A DNA stretch of 64,000 bases from Pseudomonadota bacterium (GCA_034439715.1 JAWXAY010000070.1:15581-79580); one strand, 5' to 3'; positions 10,331-20,293 are shown, numbered from the stretch's first letter. Notes: generated from the letters alone by a model not told the origin. Program-made: numbers and translations.

Positions 10331-11554
10331 ATGGAAACCAAACCGGCCATACAGCCAAATAACATCAGAATTGATTCTGACCGAGTCGAAAATATTCTCG
10401 ATCTGGTCGGCGAACTAGTGGTCATTAAGAGCCAAGTATTGAATCAATGTGCCAATTACGCGACCGATACTCGATTGAACTCCATCGCAGCGCAATTAGA
10501 TAAAACCATTCGTGAGCTACAAGATAAAACATTGAGTATGCGGCTAACTCCGCTAAAGAATCTGTTTTTAAAAACGCAACGAGTGGTACGGGACCTATCA
10601 GTAAAGCTTGATAAGCCCGTCGAGTTTCATATGCTGGGAGAGGACACCGAGATTGATCGCAGAATGGTCGATCTATTAGGTGACCCACTTCTTCATATTG
10701 TGCGTAACTGCCTAGATCACGGTGTTGAAGAAACTGTTGCGCGCAAGAAAAAGGGTAAGAATGCGTCTGGCCACATACACCTACATGCTAAACAACTTGG
10801 CGATAGAATACAAATTTCAATTACTGATGATGGTGCAGGTATAGACCGTAATGTCGTTATCCAAAAAGGCCAAGAAAAAGGCTTAATTTCGGCTACACAA
10901 GATGTCGAAAAACTCACGGACCAACAAGTTTATAGTTTGCTTTTCGAAGTTGGTTTTTCAACTGCCAGTGCCGTGACCGACGTTTCGGGCCGAGGAGTTG
11001 GGATGGATGTCGTAAAATCCAATGTAGAAAAAATGAAAGGCGATATTGAAATCGATTCGAAGCCGGGTGTGGGTACCAAAATCATACTTACTCTGCCACT
11101 AACAACATCGATTACCGATGGTATGATTACGCAGGCGGGAAATCACTTATATATAATTCCTATGGAGTGTATTCTTGAACTCATTCATGTTACCGACGCC
11201 GACTTTTTAACACTTGAAAATGGCACCAAAGCTATTAACCATCGCGAACAAGTCTACCCAATATTGGATCTCGAAGATATTTTTTCTAAAGAAAATCCAT
11301 TTAATGTAGAAAATCTCGCAAAGAGCGAACAAAAAATGTATGTCCTGGTGGAGTCAGGAAAAAAGCGTTTATTGGTTGGAGTCAATTTTGTAATTGGTCA
11401 AACCCAAGTTGTACTTAAACTTCTTGGTGACAGCTTTAGACAAATTAAGGGAATTTCTGGCGCTTCAATATTGGGTGACGGTAAAATTGCACTAGTTATT
11501 AATCCTTTGGGATTAGAAAATCTTTTGGATGACCCGTCATTGAGGAACCAATGA
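10331..11554 (+). CDS. cheA: CheA-type kinase lacking HPt (P3-P4-P5 only)
   Basis: Begins at the dimerization motif IRID..VENILDLVGELV; intact HIVRNCLDHG, DDGAG, GFST, SGRGVGMDVV; C-terminal CheW-like domain. Confidence 0.9.
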   Translation: METKPAIQPNNIRIDSDRVENILDLVGELVVIKSQVLNQCANYATDTRLNSIAAQLDKTIRELQDKTLSMRLTPLKNLFLKTQRVVRDLSVKLDKPVEFHMLGEDTEIDRRMVDLLGDPLLHIVRNCLDHGVEETVARKKKGKNASGHIHLHAKQLGDRIQISITDDGAGIDRNVVIQKGQEKGLISATQDVEKLTDQQVYSLLFEVGFSTASAVTDVSGRGVGMDVVKSNVEKMKGDIEIDSKPGVGTKIILTLPLTTSITDGMITQAGNHLYIIPMECILELIHVTDADFLTLENGTKAINHREQVYPILDLEDIFSKENPFNVENLAKSEQKMYVLVESGKKRLLVGVNFVIGQTQVVLKLLGDSFRQIKGISGASILGDGKIALVINPLGLENLLDDPSLRNQ

Positions 11555-12453
11555 AATATGACAACTCCGGTGCGGCTAAAAATCTCGTTGCTGAAGGGCA
11601 AGATGAGATCAAAGAACTGGTGGCGGAAACTGAGGGTTTCGAGAAACTAGCCGCTCTTCTAAAAGAATACACAGGTATAAACCTACCCACAAACTCAAAA
11701 AACATCTCGTTAATGGCGAACCGCATGCGAAAGGTTCTTAAAAGCTCCCAAGTCGTTAGCTATAAGGAATTTTTGCGTATTCTGGAGAGTGGAGACTCTC
11801 GTGGCCGTCATGATTTCGTGACAGCTCTAACAACTAATACCACTCACTTTTTTCGTGAAAATTCCCACTTCGAATTTTTACAACAAAATCTTCCAGCAAT
11901 GATTTCTCGCAAAAGAAAATTGGCTTCTCCCGAGTTGCGCATTTGGTGTGCAGCTGCAAGCACTGGCCCAGAGGTTTACTCAATTATGATTACCCTCCTG
12001 GAAGCGCTGGGTTCAACCTTTCTCAGTTATCCAATAAAGTTTTTAGCCACCGACATTGACGTCAAAGTATTAAAGAAGGCGGCTGCTGGAATTTACAATA
12101 AAAAAGAAATGGAAGGTGTGCCGTCTTTTTTTATGCAGAAATACTTCGAAAAGATTCCGAACGCAACCGAGGTTACTTACCGCGTACTTCCAATTTTGCA
12201 AAGCGGAATTCGCTTTGCCCCATTTAATCTTATGACAGAGAAATATCCATTTAAAAATCATTTTGACATCATATTTTGTCGCAATGTTTTGATTTACTTT
12301 GATTCTAAAACGTCGTTAGAAGTTGTCGGTCGGTTGGTCGATCGCTTGGAAGTAGGTGGTCTTCTATTTCTAGGACACGCGGAATTTGGTACTATGAAGG
12401 CTCCAAAGTTAAACATATTAGGGCACTCCATATTTGAAAAGAGACAAGCATGA
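11551..12453 (+). CDS. cheR: Chemotaxis methyltransferase CheR
   Basis: TTNTTHFFRE, IWCAAASTG, ATDID, FDIIFCRNVLIYF, LFLGHAE. Confidence 0.96.
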   Translation: MKYDNSGAAKNLVAEGQDEIKELVAETEGFEKLAALLKEYTGINLPTNSKNISLMANRMRKVLKSSQVVSYKEFLRILESGDSRGRHDFVTALTTNTTHFFRENSHFEFLQQNLPAMISRKRKLASPELRIWCAAASTGPEVYSIMITLLEALGSTFLSYPIKFLATDIDVKVLKKAAAGIYNKKEMEGVPSFFMQKYFEKIPNATEVTYRVLPILQSGIRFAPFNLMTEKYPFKNHFDIIFCRNVLIYFDSKTSLEVVGRLVDRLEVGGLLFLGHAEFGTMKAPKLNILGHSIFEKRQA

Positions 12454-14531
12454 GCAACGAAAAACTTGATCTCCATGAACAAGTTATGGTTGTTGCCACT
12501 GACGAGGGCACTCGCAAAATCGTCATGGCTGCGCTTGAAGACCTTACCCTTAATGGCAAAGGTTTTCCCTCTGCAGATCTTGCTCTAAAGGAAATGGGTG
12601 GTTTGAATCCTTTTCTTACAATAGTGGATTTTAAATTAATTGACATGGATCCCTTCGTCTTTGAACAAGAGATCAGAAAAGAATTTCCAGTCATGCCAAT
12701 TATGTTTCTTGTTGAATCCATTGATAAAGAATCTGCTGTTTCGGGTTTAGCTCGCAATTGCCAGATTATCGAAAAACCGGTAAAGAAGGAAACTCTCAAA
12801 AATTTTATTTTAAAAAGCGCCAAACAGAGAATTTCTGATATTGAAAATGACAACAAAGAGATAGAAGAAATCACTCAACTTTTTGTCGAAGAGTCATATG
12901 ACTTAATGAAAGACGCCCATCAGTTGATTTTGCGTCTAGAAGAAGAGCCCATCGATCCTACTGTAATCAATTCTCTTTTTCGAAAAGTTCACTCTATCAA
13001 GGGTGGCGCCAGCGCACTACCCAACGCAAAAACTTTAAATGCCCTTATGCATGCGTTTGAAACAGTCCTGTCTTCGGTTAAAAAGGGTGAAATTGTCCCC
13101 AACGCAAAGTCAATTAATCTTTTTTTGGAATCTGCAGACCTTTGCTTACATATTCTTAATGTCATTAAGTCGAACGCACAGCCCGATGACAAGCTTTTAT
13201 CATCTGTAAAAGCAGCAGTAGTGGGATTAAAGAACCTTAAGGATAGCGGAAATGTAGTGTCCGAGAAAAAGGTCGTTCAGACTGAAGTACCCGGCACGGC
13301 ACAGAGTTTTCAGCAAGAAGAAGAAGGCATTTGGGTTACCAATGAAAAACTAGATTCCTTCATGGCGCTGTCGGGAGAGCTCATTGTTTTGAAAAACAAT
13401 TTTTACATGATGAGTCGAGATGTAGGAATTCGATCGAGTCCTGAAAAACTTGAAAAAAAACATTCAGAGTTTGCCTATAGCTTGAATAAAATTACAGATC
13501 ATTTGCAAGAACACATTATGTCAGTGCGCAAAGTTTCTCTAGAAAAAGCTTTTAGTAAATTGGGTCGCATTATTCGCCAGACCGGTCTCGAAGTAGGAAA
13601 GAAAATTAAACTACGCACTGAGGGCCTTGAATTAGGTGTCGATAAAAATATTGCTGCAAGCTTAAGTTCGAGTCTTGTGCACATGGTAAGAAATTCGATT
13701 GATCATGGAATTGAGACTCCACAAAAGCGAAAAGAGGCTGGCAAGCAAGAGGAAGGCACGATTCTTATCAAAGCCTTCGAGAGTCGAGGAGTCATTCATA
13801 TGATCGTGAGTGATGACGGCGGCGGCATTCCAAAAAATAAGTTACTTGATCGCGCACTTCAAAGCGAACTCATTACGCAAGCTAAAGTACCCAGCATGAC
13901 GGACGAGGAGATTCTAGATTTGATTTTTCTGCCGGGCTTTACGACTGCAGAAAAAGTCACAGACCTTTCGGGCCGTGGAGTTGGCATGGATGTGGTTAAG
14001 TCTTCAGTTCTGCAGCACTCAGGAAAAATAAGGGTAGAAACCGAACCCGGAATTGGCAGCAAATTTTACTTAGAGATTCCAGTGCCAAAAGCGGTGATGG
14101 TAGAATACACAGTCTTGAGCCGCTGGAAAGGCTCGATGTTCGCAGTACCCCTAACAGCAATCGCGCGAATTGTTTCGTGTAATCGTTTAACTCTTACTGA
14201 AATTGGGCATGTAAGGATGTGTCAGTATGACGGAAAGTCGATAGTACTAAGAAGCTTCGATGAACTTTTACATGGACGTGATATTGAAAACGCCGAGACC
14301 GTTAAATTTAAAACTGTCATCGTATTAAGACATAAAGAAAAGTTTGTGGGACTGTTGGTTGACTGTATTGAAGATCAATTTGAGGCCGTTGTTAGATCGT
14401 TTGATCACATTGTAAAAAAGATTCCAGGGTTTAAAGGTACTGCCATTTTGGGTAATGACGAGATTGCCTATGTTATTTCGCCGGAGGAAATGGTGGGACT
14501 CTTGCAAAAAGATGAAAGTGTAGCAGCTTAA
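12450..14531 (+). CDS. cheA: CheA with N-terminal atypical receiver domain (REC-HPt-P3-P4-P5)
   Basis: HPt LFRKVHSIKGGA; HMVRNSIDHG; DDGGG; SGRGVGMDVV; N-terminal REC-like segment IVDFKL...IEKP. Confidence 0.92.
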   Translation: MSNEKLDLHEQVMVVATDEGTRKIVMAALEDLTLNGKGFPSADLALKEMGGLNPFLTIVDFKLIDMDPFVFEQEIRKEFPVMPIMFLVESIDKESAVSGLARNCQIIEKPVKKETLKNFILKSAKQRISDIENDNKEIEEITQLFVEESYDLMKDAHQLILRLEEEPIDPTVINSLFRKVHSIKGGASALPNAKTLNALMHAFETVLSSVKKGEIVPNAKSINLFLESADLCLHILNVIKSNAQPDDKLLSSVKAAVVGLKNLKDSGNVVSEKKVVQTEVPGTAQSFQQEEEGIWVTNEKLDSFMALSGELIVLKNNFYMMSRDVGIRSSPEKLEKKHSEFAYSLNKITDHLQEHIMSVRKVSLEKAFSKLGRIIRQTGLEVGKKIKLRTEGLELGVDKNIAASLSSSLVHMVRNSIDHGIETPQKRKEAGKQEEGTILIKAFESRGVIHMIVSDDGGGIPKNKLLDRALQSELITQAKVPSMTDEEILDLIFLPGFTTAEKVTDLSGRGVGMDVVKSSVLQHSGKIRVETEPGIGSKFYLEIPVPKAVMVEYTVLSRWKGSMFAVPLTAIARIVSCNRLTLTEIGHVRMCQYDGKSIVLRSFDELLHGRDIENAETVKFKTVIVLRHKEKFVGLLVDCIEDQFEAVVRSFDHIVKKIPGFKGTAILGNDEIAYVISPEEMVGLLQKDESVAA

Positions 14532-14547
14532 TAATTCGGAGGAAGAA

Positions 14548-15501
14548 GTGGAAAAGTCCGAACAGGATTTTTTAAAGGAGCTTCAAAAGCAGTGTGTATC
14601 GGACAGTACCGAATACACGGCTGCTGCCTATGAGGCGTTAATGGGTCTCACAAAAAATCCGCCTGAAACTTTATCTAAAATTATGAAGTGTTTTCATAGC
14701 GTAAAAGGCAACGTGCAAGCTGTTGGATTCAACTTCATGGGGGACTTCGTTCACGAAGTGGAGGAAACTCTGATATCGGTTAGCCAAAAGCTAGGTGACA
14801 TAGATGTCTTAGCTGGTGGCGAAAAAGACCTTTTGGATCTTGAATTTTGGTTGTCCAAAGTTATCCAAGCTACTGATGAATATTTTAAGGATCTGTCTGA
14901 AACATCAGTAGATTGCGAAGAATTTTTAGAGTGTAGACGAGGAACATTAGCTCTTTTGGCATCGTGGACTCCGAATACATCGCAGAGTACTGCAGGCAAT
15001 GAGGGCGAGGCTCCGGTTACTGAGATAGCCGTTCCGCAATGGGAGGCAACAGTTGCTCCTACGGAACCCGCTCCCCAGGCTAAGACAGGTAAAGGAGTCT
15101 ATCTTTTGTGCCGTAACCGTGACCGCGAATATGCCATACCAGTTCTGAATGTGGTTGAAGTCGTTAAATTCCGTAACTTAAGTTTAATTCCCTGCGAACG
15201 TGGTGATCTTATGGGCCTCATGAACCTGCGTGGCGAGGTTATGCCAATATTGGATTTAAGTCGCACGTTTGGCGGTCAAGAAAACCCTGAAAGATGTTTT
15301 ATCGTCATCTGTGAAGTCAAAGGCACGCGTTTTGGTTTTCCGATTGAAAACGCAGAGCATATCGAAGAACTAAATTTTGAATATTTTCAGAAAGGTCAAG
15401 ACCTTTCATCAAGTGATGAGCGCAGTTTAATTAACCACATATATGTCAAAGGCAATAAGACCGTCTTTGTTGTGGATGTCGAATGGATATTAGCTTCATG
15501 A
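14548..15501 (+). CDS. HPt-CheW fusion protein
   Basis: N-terminal MKCFHSVKGNVQAVGF...VHEVE HPt; P/A/T/E-rich linker; C-terminal YAIPVLNVVEV...GLMNLRGEVMPILDL CheW domain; GGAGG RBS before GTG. Confidence 0.88.
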   Translation: MEKSEQDFLKELQKQCVSDSTEYTAAAYEALMGLTKNPPETLSKIMKCFHSVKGNVQAVGFNFMGDFVHEVEETLISVSQKLGDIDVLAGGEKDLLDLEFWLSKVIQATDEYFKDLSETSVDCEEFLECRRGTLALLASWTPNTSQSTAGNEGEAPVTEIAVPQWEATVAPTEPAPQAKTGKGVYLLCRNRDREYAIPVLNVVEVVKFRNLSLIPCERGDLMGLMNLRGEVMPILDLSRTFGGQENPERCFIVICEVKGTRFGFPIENAEHIEELNFEYFQKGQDLSSSDERSLINHIYVKGNKTVFVVDVEWILAS

Positions 15502-17045
15502 AGAGTCTTTTTTTACTCCCAGGAAAATATGCGGCCTTTAATGAACCCTTAGAAATAAAAACGGTTCTTGGATCCTGTGTATCTGTAGTTTTAGTGGATC
15601 GAACAGCCAAATGTATGGGGATAAATCACTATTTACTTACGAGTTTACCTAAGAGTGAAGCTCCAACCGGTAGATACGGCGAATGCGCCATTCCTTTACT
15701 TCTTCAGGATATGGAAAAGTTAGGCGCTAAAATAGAGCAAATGCAGGCGCATGTGTTTGGCGGGGCAAACGTTTTAAAAGATGTGCAGATTGGCAAGGAA
15801 GTTGGCCAACTAAATATCGAGTATGCCTTTCAAACTCTAAGAACGCTTGGAATTCCCATTGTTGAAAAAAACGTGGGGGGAATAAAAAGCCGAAAGGTTG
15901 TGGTAAATAGTCATGATTTTTCGGTCAAAGAGGTTTTACTTAATGAGAGCGAGGCCCAAGAAATCGACATTACGGGATATAAAAAGCTCAAACAGATTAA
16001 AAAGGTAAAAGTGTTAATTGTTGATGATTCAGCCACAATACGAACTTTGTTTCAAAATATATTTAACAAAAACGGGCTAGAAGTCGTGGGTGTTGCGGCA
16101 GACGCTTATCAAGCTCGCGAGCTCATTGTTAGTAAAAAGCCTGACGTCATCACTTTAGATATAGAAATGCCAAAAATGAACGGCGTCGTGTTTTTAGAAA
16201 AACTCATGCAATCCATGCCTCTTCCCGTCGTTATGGTATCTTCGCTGGGCAATCAAGGAGAGGCAGCTTTAAAGGCATTAAGCCTTGGCGCAGTTGAGTT
16301 TATGCACAAACCCACACAATTTGATCCTCAGATTCTAAAACAATTGGGAGAAATGCTCGTCGAAAAAGTCAAAGCGGCTGCCAACGTAAAAGTTAGAAAA
16401 CTGGAATCGCAAAAAATAAACGAAAAGCATGCCGTGCACGTCAATGAAAAGAATGCTTTTATTGCGGGGTTAAATATTATCGCCGTCGGAGGAAACATAG
16501 GTTCCCAAAAAAGTTTAGAAACTCTACTTAGGAGCTTACCGGCAGATTCACCGCCTGTGGTTATTTCTAACTCAACAATCTCTGGTTTTTTAGATGCCTA
16601 TCTAAAAGAAATACAAAGAGGAATATCCGTGGAGTTGAGAGTCGCCAGTGACGGCGAGATATTAAAATCTGGCTGCGTATATTTTGCACCAGCAGAAATA
16701 CACCTCAAAGTTGTTGATCAGTCTTCTAATTTTATAGCGCGCTTAAGAGAAAGTATGCCTATTAACGGACAAAAACCTTCAATTGATGTTTTATTTTCAT
16801 CTATTGCGAAGTGCGCCAACGCAAAGGCTATAGGGATCCTAATGAGCGGCTTTGGACGTGACGGTGTCGACGGACTTAAGTCTCTTCACGCAGCCGGATC
16901 GCAAACAATGGTAGAAGAACCTTCGGCATGCGATTTTCCTTATGCCCCTCAACAGGCCATCAGTGTAGGAGTTGTGGACTACATAAGAGAAGCAAAAGAC
17001 TTTGTGACTACCGTCATGCAGGTCAGAAACAGGAGTGTGGCATGA
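15498..17045 (+). CDS. CheD-REC-CheB-like fusion with degenerate methylesterase domain
   Basis: CheD motifs LLPG, TVLGSCVSV, NHYLL, VFGGA; REC IVDDS/TLDIEMP/KP; esterase fold with GGNIGS and ISNS replacing ASTGG and VQH; ATGA overlap with the previous gene. Confidence 0.88.
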   Translation: MKSLFLLPGKYAAFNEPLEIKTVLGSCVSVVLVDRTAKCMGINHYLLTSLPKSEAPTGRYGECAIPLLLQDMEKLGAKIEQMQAHVFGGANVLKDVQIGKEVGQLNIEYAFQTLRTLGIPIVEKNVGGIKSRKVVVNSHDFSVKEVLLNESEAQEIDITGYKKLKQIKKVKVLIVDDSATIRTLFQNIFNKNGLEVVGVAADAYQARELIVSKKPDVITLDIEMPKMNGVVFLEKLMQSMPLPVVMVSSLGNQGEAALKALSLGAVEFMHKPTQFDPQILKQLGEMLVEKVKAAANVKVRKLESQKINEKHAVHVNEKNAFIAGLNIIAVGGNIGSQKSLETLLRSLPADSPPVVISNSTISGFLDAYLKEIQRGISVELRVASDGEILKSGCVYFAPAEIHLKVVDQSSNFIARLRESMPINGQKPSIDVLFSSIAKCANAKAIGILMSGFGRDGVDGLKSLHAAGSQTMVEEPSACDFPYAPQQAISVGVVDYIREAKDFVTTVMQVRNRSVA

Positions 17046-18109
17046 GCAGCAAAAAAATTCGTGTTTTGATCGTTGATGATTCATCTATTATAAGATCCTT
17101 ACTTAGGCGCTTTTTAACAAGTGATCCTGATATTGAAGTAGTGGGGGCTGCACCCGATCCTTATGTGGCTCGTGATATACTTCTGCGAGAAAAACCTGAC
17201 GTCATGACATTAGACGTGGAGATGCCACGAATGGACGGCGTTACATTTTTAGAGAAAGTCATGGCAAGTAATCCGGTACGCACAATTATCATCAGCAGCC
17301 TTTCTACTCAGGGTTCCGAGACAACCTTACGGGCATTTGAAGTCGGTGCAATTGACGTGATGGCTAAACCTGCAATAGATATAACACGCTCCATGGAAAG
17401 CATTCGCGAAGAAATCGTGAATCGTGTGAAAGCCGTCGCTAAAGCAAAATTGCCAATAAAAATGAAATACGAGGCTCGTCCTCCTACGGCAGTCAAATCG
17501 CAAGCTTTAGCTAAGACCACGCATCAAATCTTGGCGATCGCTTCTTCTACCGGTGGTACTGAAGCTCTAAAAGTCATATTGTCAAAAATGCCAAGCGATA
17601 TTCCAGGTACAGTTATTGTTCAACATTTACCACCGGTATTTACTGCGACCTATGCCAAACTTTTGCAAAAAATGTGTCCGTTTGAAGTCAAAGAGGCACA
17701 AGAAGGCGACAAGGTTTATCCAGGTAGAGTATTAATAGCTCCTGGCAATTATCATATGGAACTTTCACGCAGCGGAGCTTACTATCACGTGAAGCTGCAT
17801 CAGGAGCCAATATTAAACGGTGTTAGGCCTGCCGCTGATTTCCTCATGAAAAGCGTTGCAAAGTATGCCGGCGCGAATGCTATTGGTGTCGTATTAACTG
17901 GAATGGGAAGAGATGGTGCCGATGGCTTGGTTGCCATGAAAAACAGTGGTGCCTACAACATTGCTCAAAACGAAGAAACCTGCGTAGTGTTTGGAATGCC
18001 CAAGGTCGCAATTGAGCTCAAAGCCATTCAAAAAGTGTGCGCACTTGAAGATATTGCTAAAGAAATCATGAAACAAATAAAAATTATGGACGTCGTGAAA
18101 GCTAGCTAA
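17042..18109 (+). CDS. cheB: Chemotaxis response regulator methylesterase CheB
   Basis: REC plus intact ASSTGG, VQHLP, LTGMGRDG; start at ATG 17042 (ATGA overlap). Confidence 0.97.
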   Translation: MSSKKIRVLIVDDSSIIRSLLRRFLTSDPDIEVVGAAPDPYVARDILLREKPDVMTLDVEMPRMDGVTFLEKVMASNPVRTIIISSLSTQGSETTLRAFEVGAIDVMAKPAIDITRSMESIREEIVNRVKAVAKAKLPIKMKYEARPPTAVKSQALAKTTHQILAIASSTGGTEALKVILSKMPSDIPGTVIVQHLPPVFTATYAKLLQKMCPFEVKEAQEGDKVYPGRVLIAPGNYHMELSRSGAYYHVKLHQEPILNGVRPAADFLMKSVAKYAGANAIGVVLTGMGRDGADGLVAMKNSGAYNIAQNEETCVVFGMPKVAIELKAIQKVCALEDIAKEIMKQIKIMDVVKAS

Positions 18110-18116
18110 TAGGAGA

Positions 18117-18551
18117 GTGACCGTGCTTATTACATTTCCGCTAAAAGTTGCGATAGTCGATGATGATATAATTCAAACGAAACTCATTTCAGGATTTTTA
18201 AAAGAAGTGCCAGATCTTGCGCCCCATGTTTTTAACGACCCGGTAGAAGCCATGACCGCTATAGAAGCTGGTGGTTTTCGCCTCATCATAACCGACCTTA
18301 AGATGGAAGCACTCAGCGGCGATGATTTAGTCAGGCGTTGCTGCGAACTTCGGGGTGGAATGCAGATTCTGGTAGTAACGGGTACCGACCACCTAATGTC
18401 GGCAATTCGCTGTTTTAATGCTGGCGCACAACGAATAATCAGAAAGCCAATAGATAAAAAAGAATTGGTAGAGGCAGTGCAGTCATCTGTTGACCATTTT
18501 AAAGCCTTCAATGAAACCGTCAGAGCCATTAAATCGAAAAAAGCGAGTTAG
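18117..18551 (+). CDS. Single-domain response regulator (CheY-like)
   Basis: IVDDD, ITDLKM, VTG, RKP; last gene of the che operon. Confidence 0.88.
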   Translation: MTVLITFPLKVAIVDDDIIQTKLISGFLKEVPDLAPHVFNDPVEAMTAIEAGGFRLIITDLKMEALSGDDLVRRCCELRGGMQILVVTGTDHLMSAIRCFNAGAQRIIRKPIDKKELVEAVQSSVDHFKAFNETVRAIKSKKAS

Positions 18552-18593
18552 TTATTTTTTCTAGAATCGGTCCGAAGTTCGAAACGAGACCGT

Positions 18594-20282
18594 CTACAAA
18601 GAAATCAAAGCCTCAGCATGCGCCAAACTTGTCTTGGTAATTTTCTCACCCGAAATCAGTCGTGCGATCTCATTCACGCGAGCTTTACCAGTAAGTTCAG
18701 TCAGATCCATTCGCGTTCGTACACCATTTACTTTTTTACTGACGAAATAATGCGAATCAGCCTGCGCTGCGACTTGAGGTAAGTGTGTGATGCAAATAAC
18801 TTGCTGGCCCTTTGAAATTCGTCTTAGTTTTTTTCCTACTTTTTCAGCAGTTTCACCACTGACACCAGCGTCGACCTCGTCAAATAGGTAAGTGCGGGGT
18901 TTATCAGAGTGTCCAACAACTTGCTTGAGAGCTAAAAGAATTCGACTTAGTTCTCCGCCGCTGGCAAATTTGGCCAGCGCACGAGCGTGATCCTCTTTAC
19001 CAACGCGGGTCATGAATTCTACCTCAGAAATTCCAGTGCTAGATAGTTCTTCTATTTTGCTGATCAATACCTCAAATAATAGACCTTTCATGTTAAGGTC
19101 CTTTAGTTCTGCATTTACTTCTTGCGATAAAAGTCTGGCCGCTTGAATGCGTCGTTTATGCATATCTAACGACATACTTAGTAGTTCTTTTTCAATTTTT
19201 TCTTTTTCTTGATCTAAATTTTCGAGGCTAGATTCAAAATTCTCGAGACTAGAAAGTTCGTCATTAACTTTCTCTAAGAAACACAAAATGTCCTTGGCAG
19301 TATTGCCATATTTTTTTTGAAGGCCCCTGAAATCACTAAGTCGCTTTTCAAGTCGTTCCATTTCACTGGGGTCTACTTCGAGTGACTTTCCGTATTCTCT
19401 AATTTCGTAAACGACATCGTTTATAACCGATTTCACTTGAAAGAGTGGCGCCAATAAGTCGATTAATTTGGTGTCAACTTTTTGTAAATAAAGTGCCTTC
19501 TGTTCAATTTTGTGAAGCATTGAAAGCACAGAACTATCACCCTCATAAAGCAGCTCATCCACTAGCGTTTTAAATTCAATTAGGTGAGAAGAGTTGTGTT
19601 GCACTCGCACTTCGTTTTCAAGCCCCTCGCCGTCGTTTTCAGTCGGCGAAAAATTTTCGATTTCTGTCTTTTGATACCTTAAAAAATCAAGTCGCTGTTC
19701 GCGCCAACCTAAATTGGCTTTTAATTCATTTATCTTGCACTGAATAATTGTTCGCTTTTCAAAAACGGATTCGTAATCGCTACGGATTGACCAAACGCCG
19801 CTGTATTGATCCAATAGGTCAAGATGGTAAGCTTTAGAGGTTAAACTTCGATTTTCATGTTGCGAAGTAATCTCAATTAGTGGAACTGCAGAACCTGTAA
19901 CCTCTATGAGTGGCGAAACAATTTCTTTTAGGCTGGTGAGCGCACTTAAAGAGTCATTGAGATAGACCTTGTTTTTTCCTTGGGCAGAAACAATTCTTCG
20001 GACCACAAGATTGTCATCGTCAGCTTCGATCCCAAGTTCCTTAAGTCTATTTAAAATGTCAGGACGTTTTGACAAATCAAACAGACCTTCTATGACCGCC
20101 TGTCCTGAGCCCGCGCGAACAGTTTGGGTGTCCGATTTTTCGCCCATTAGGAGTCCTAGGCTTTTCATGATTACCGACTTGCCCGAGCCGGTTTCGCCAC
20201 TGAGAATATTGAGACCCGATTTAAACTCAATTTCGACTTCTTCTATGATGGCGAAGTTTGAAACTTTAAGCGCTAATAACAT
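18594..20282 (-). CDS. recN: DNA repair protein RecN
   Basis: SGETGSGKS, ASGGELSR, LFDEVDAGVSG, CITHLPQVAA. Confidence 0.97.
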   Translation of the reverse strand: MLLALKVSNFAIIEEVEIEFKSGLNILSGETGSGKSVIMKSLGLLMGEKSDTQTVRAGSGQAVIEGLFDLSKRPDILNRLKELGIEADDDNLVVRRIVSAQGKNKVYLNDSLSALTSLKEIVSPLIEVTGSAVPLIEITSQHENRSLTSKAYHLDLLDQYSGVWSIRSDYESVFEKRTIIQCKINELKANLGWREQRLDFLRYQKTEIENFSPTENDGEGLENEVRVQHNSSHLIEFKTLVDELLYEGDSSVLSMLHKIEQKALYLQKVDTKLIDLLAPLFQVKSVINDVVYEIREYGKSLEVDPSEMERLEKRLSDFRGLQKKYGNTAKDILCFLEKVNDELSSLENFESSLENLDQEKEKIEKELLSMSLDMHKRRIQAARLLSQEVNAELKDLNMKGLLFEVLISKIEELSSTGISEVEFMTRVGKEDHARALAKFASGGELSRILLALKQVVGHSDKPRTYLFDEVDAGVSGETAEKVGKKLRRISKGQQVICITHLPQVAAQADSHYFVSKKVNGVRTRMDLTELTGKARVNEIARLISGEKITKTSLAHAEALISL

Positions 20283-20293
20283 ATTTCCTCACT

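Noticed and set aside
10331..11554. Short cheA as a pseudogene or frameshift fragment
   Set aside because: Catalytic boxes are intact, the gene abuts the cheW stop with no HPt remnant, and the HPt-bearing partner is 3 kb downstream
7825..18551. Chemosensory operon as a mobile genomic island
   Set aside because: No integrase, tRNA, flanking direct repeats or obvious compositional shift by eye; it uses a host-type sigma-28 promoter
18562..18596. Imperfect hairpin between the convergent che operon and recN as a terminator
   Set aside because: Stem is interrupted and a U-tract exists on one strand only; too weak to call
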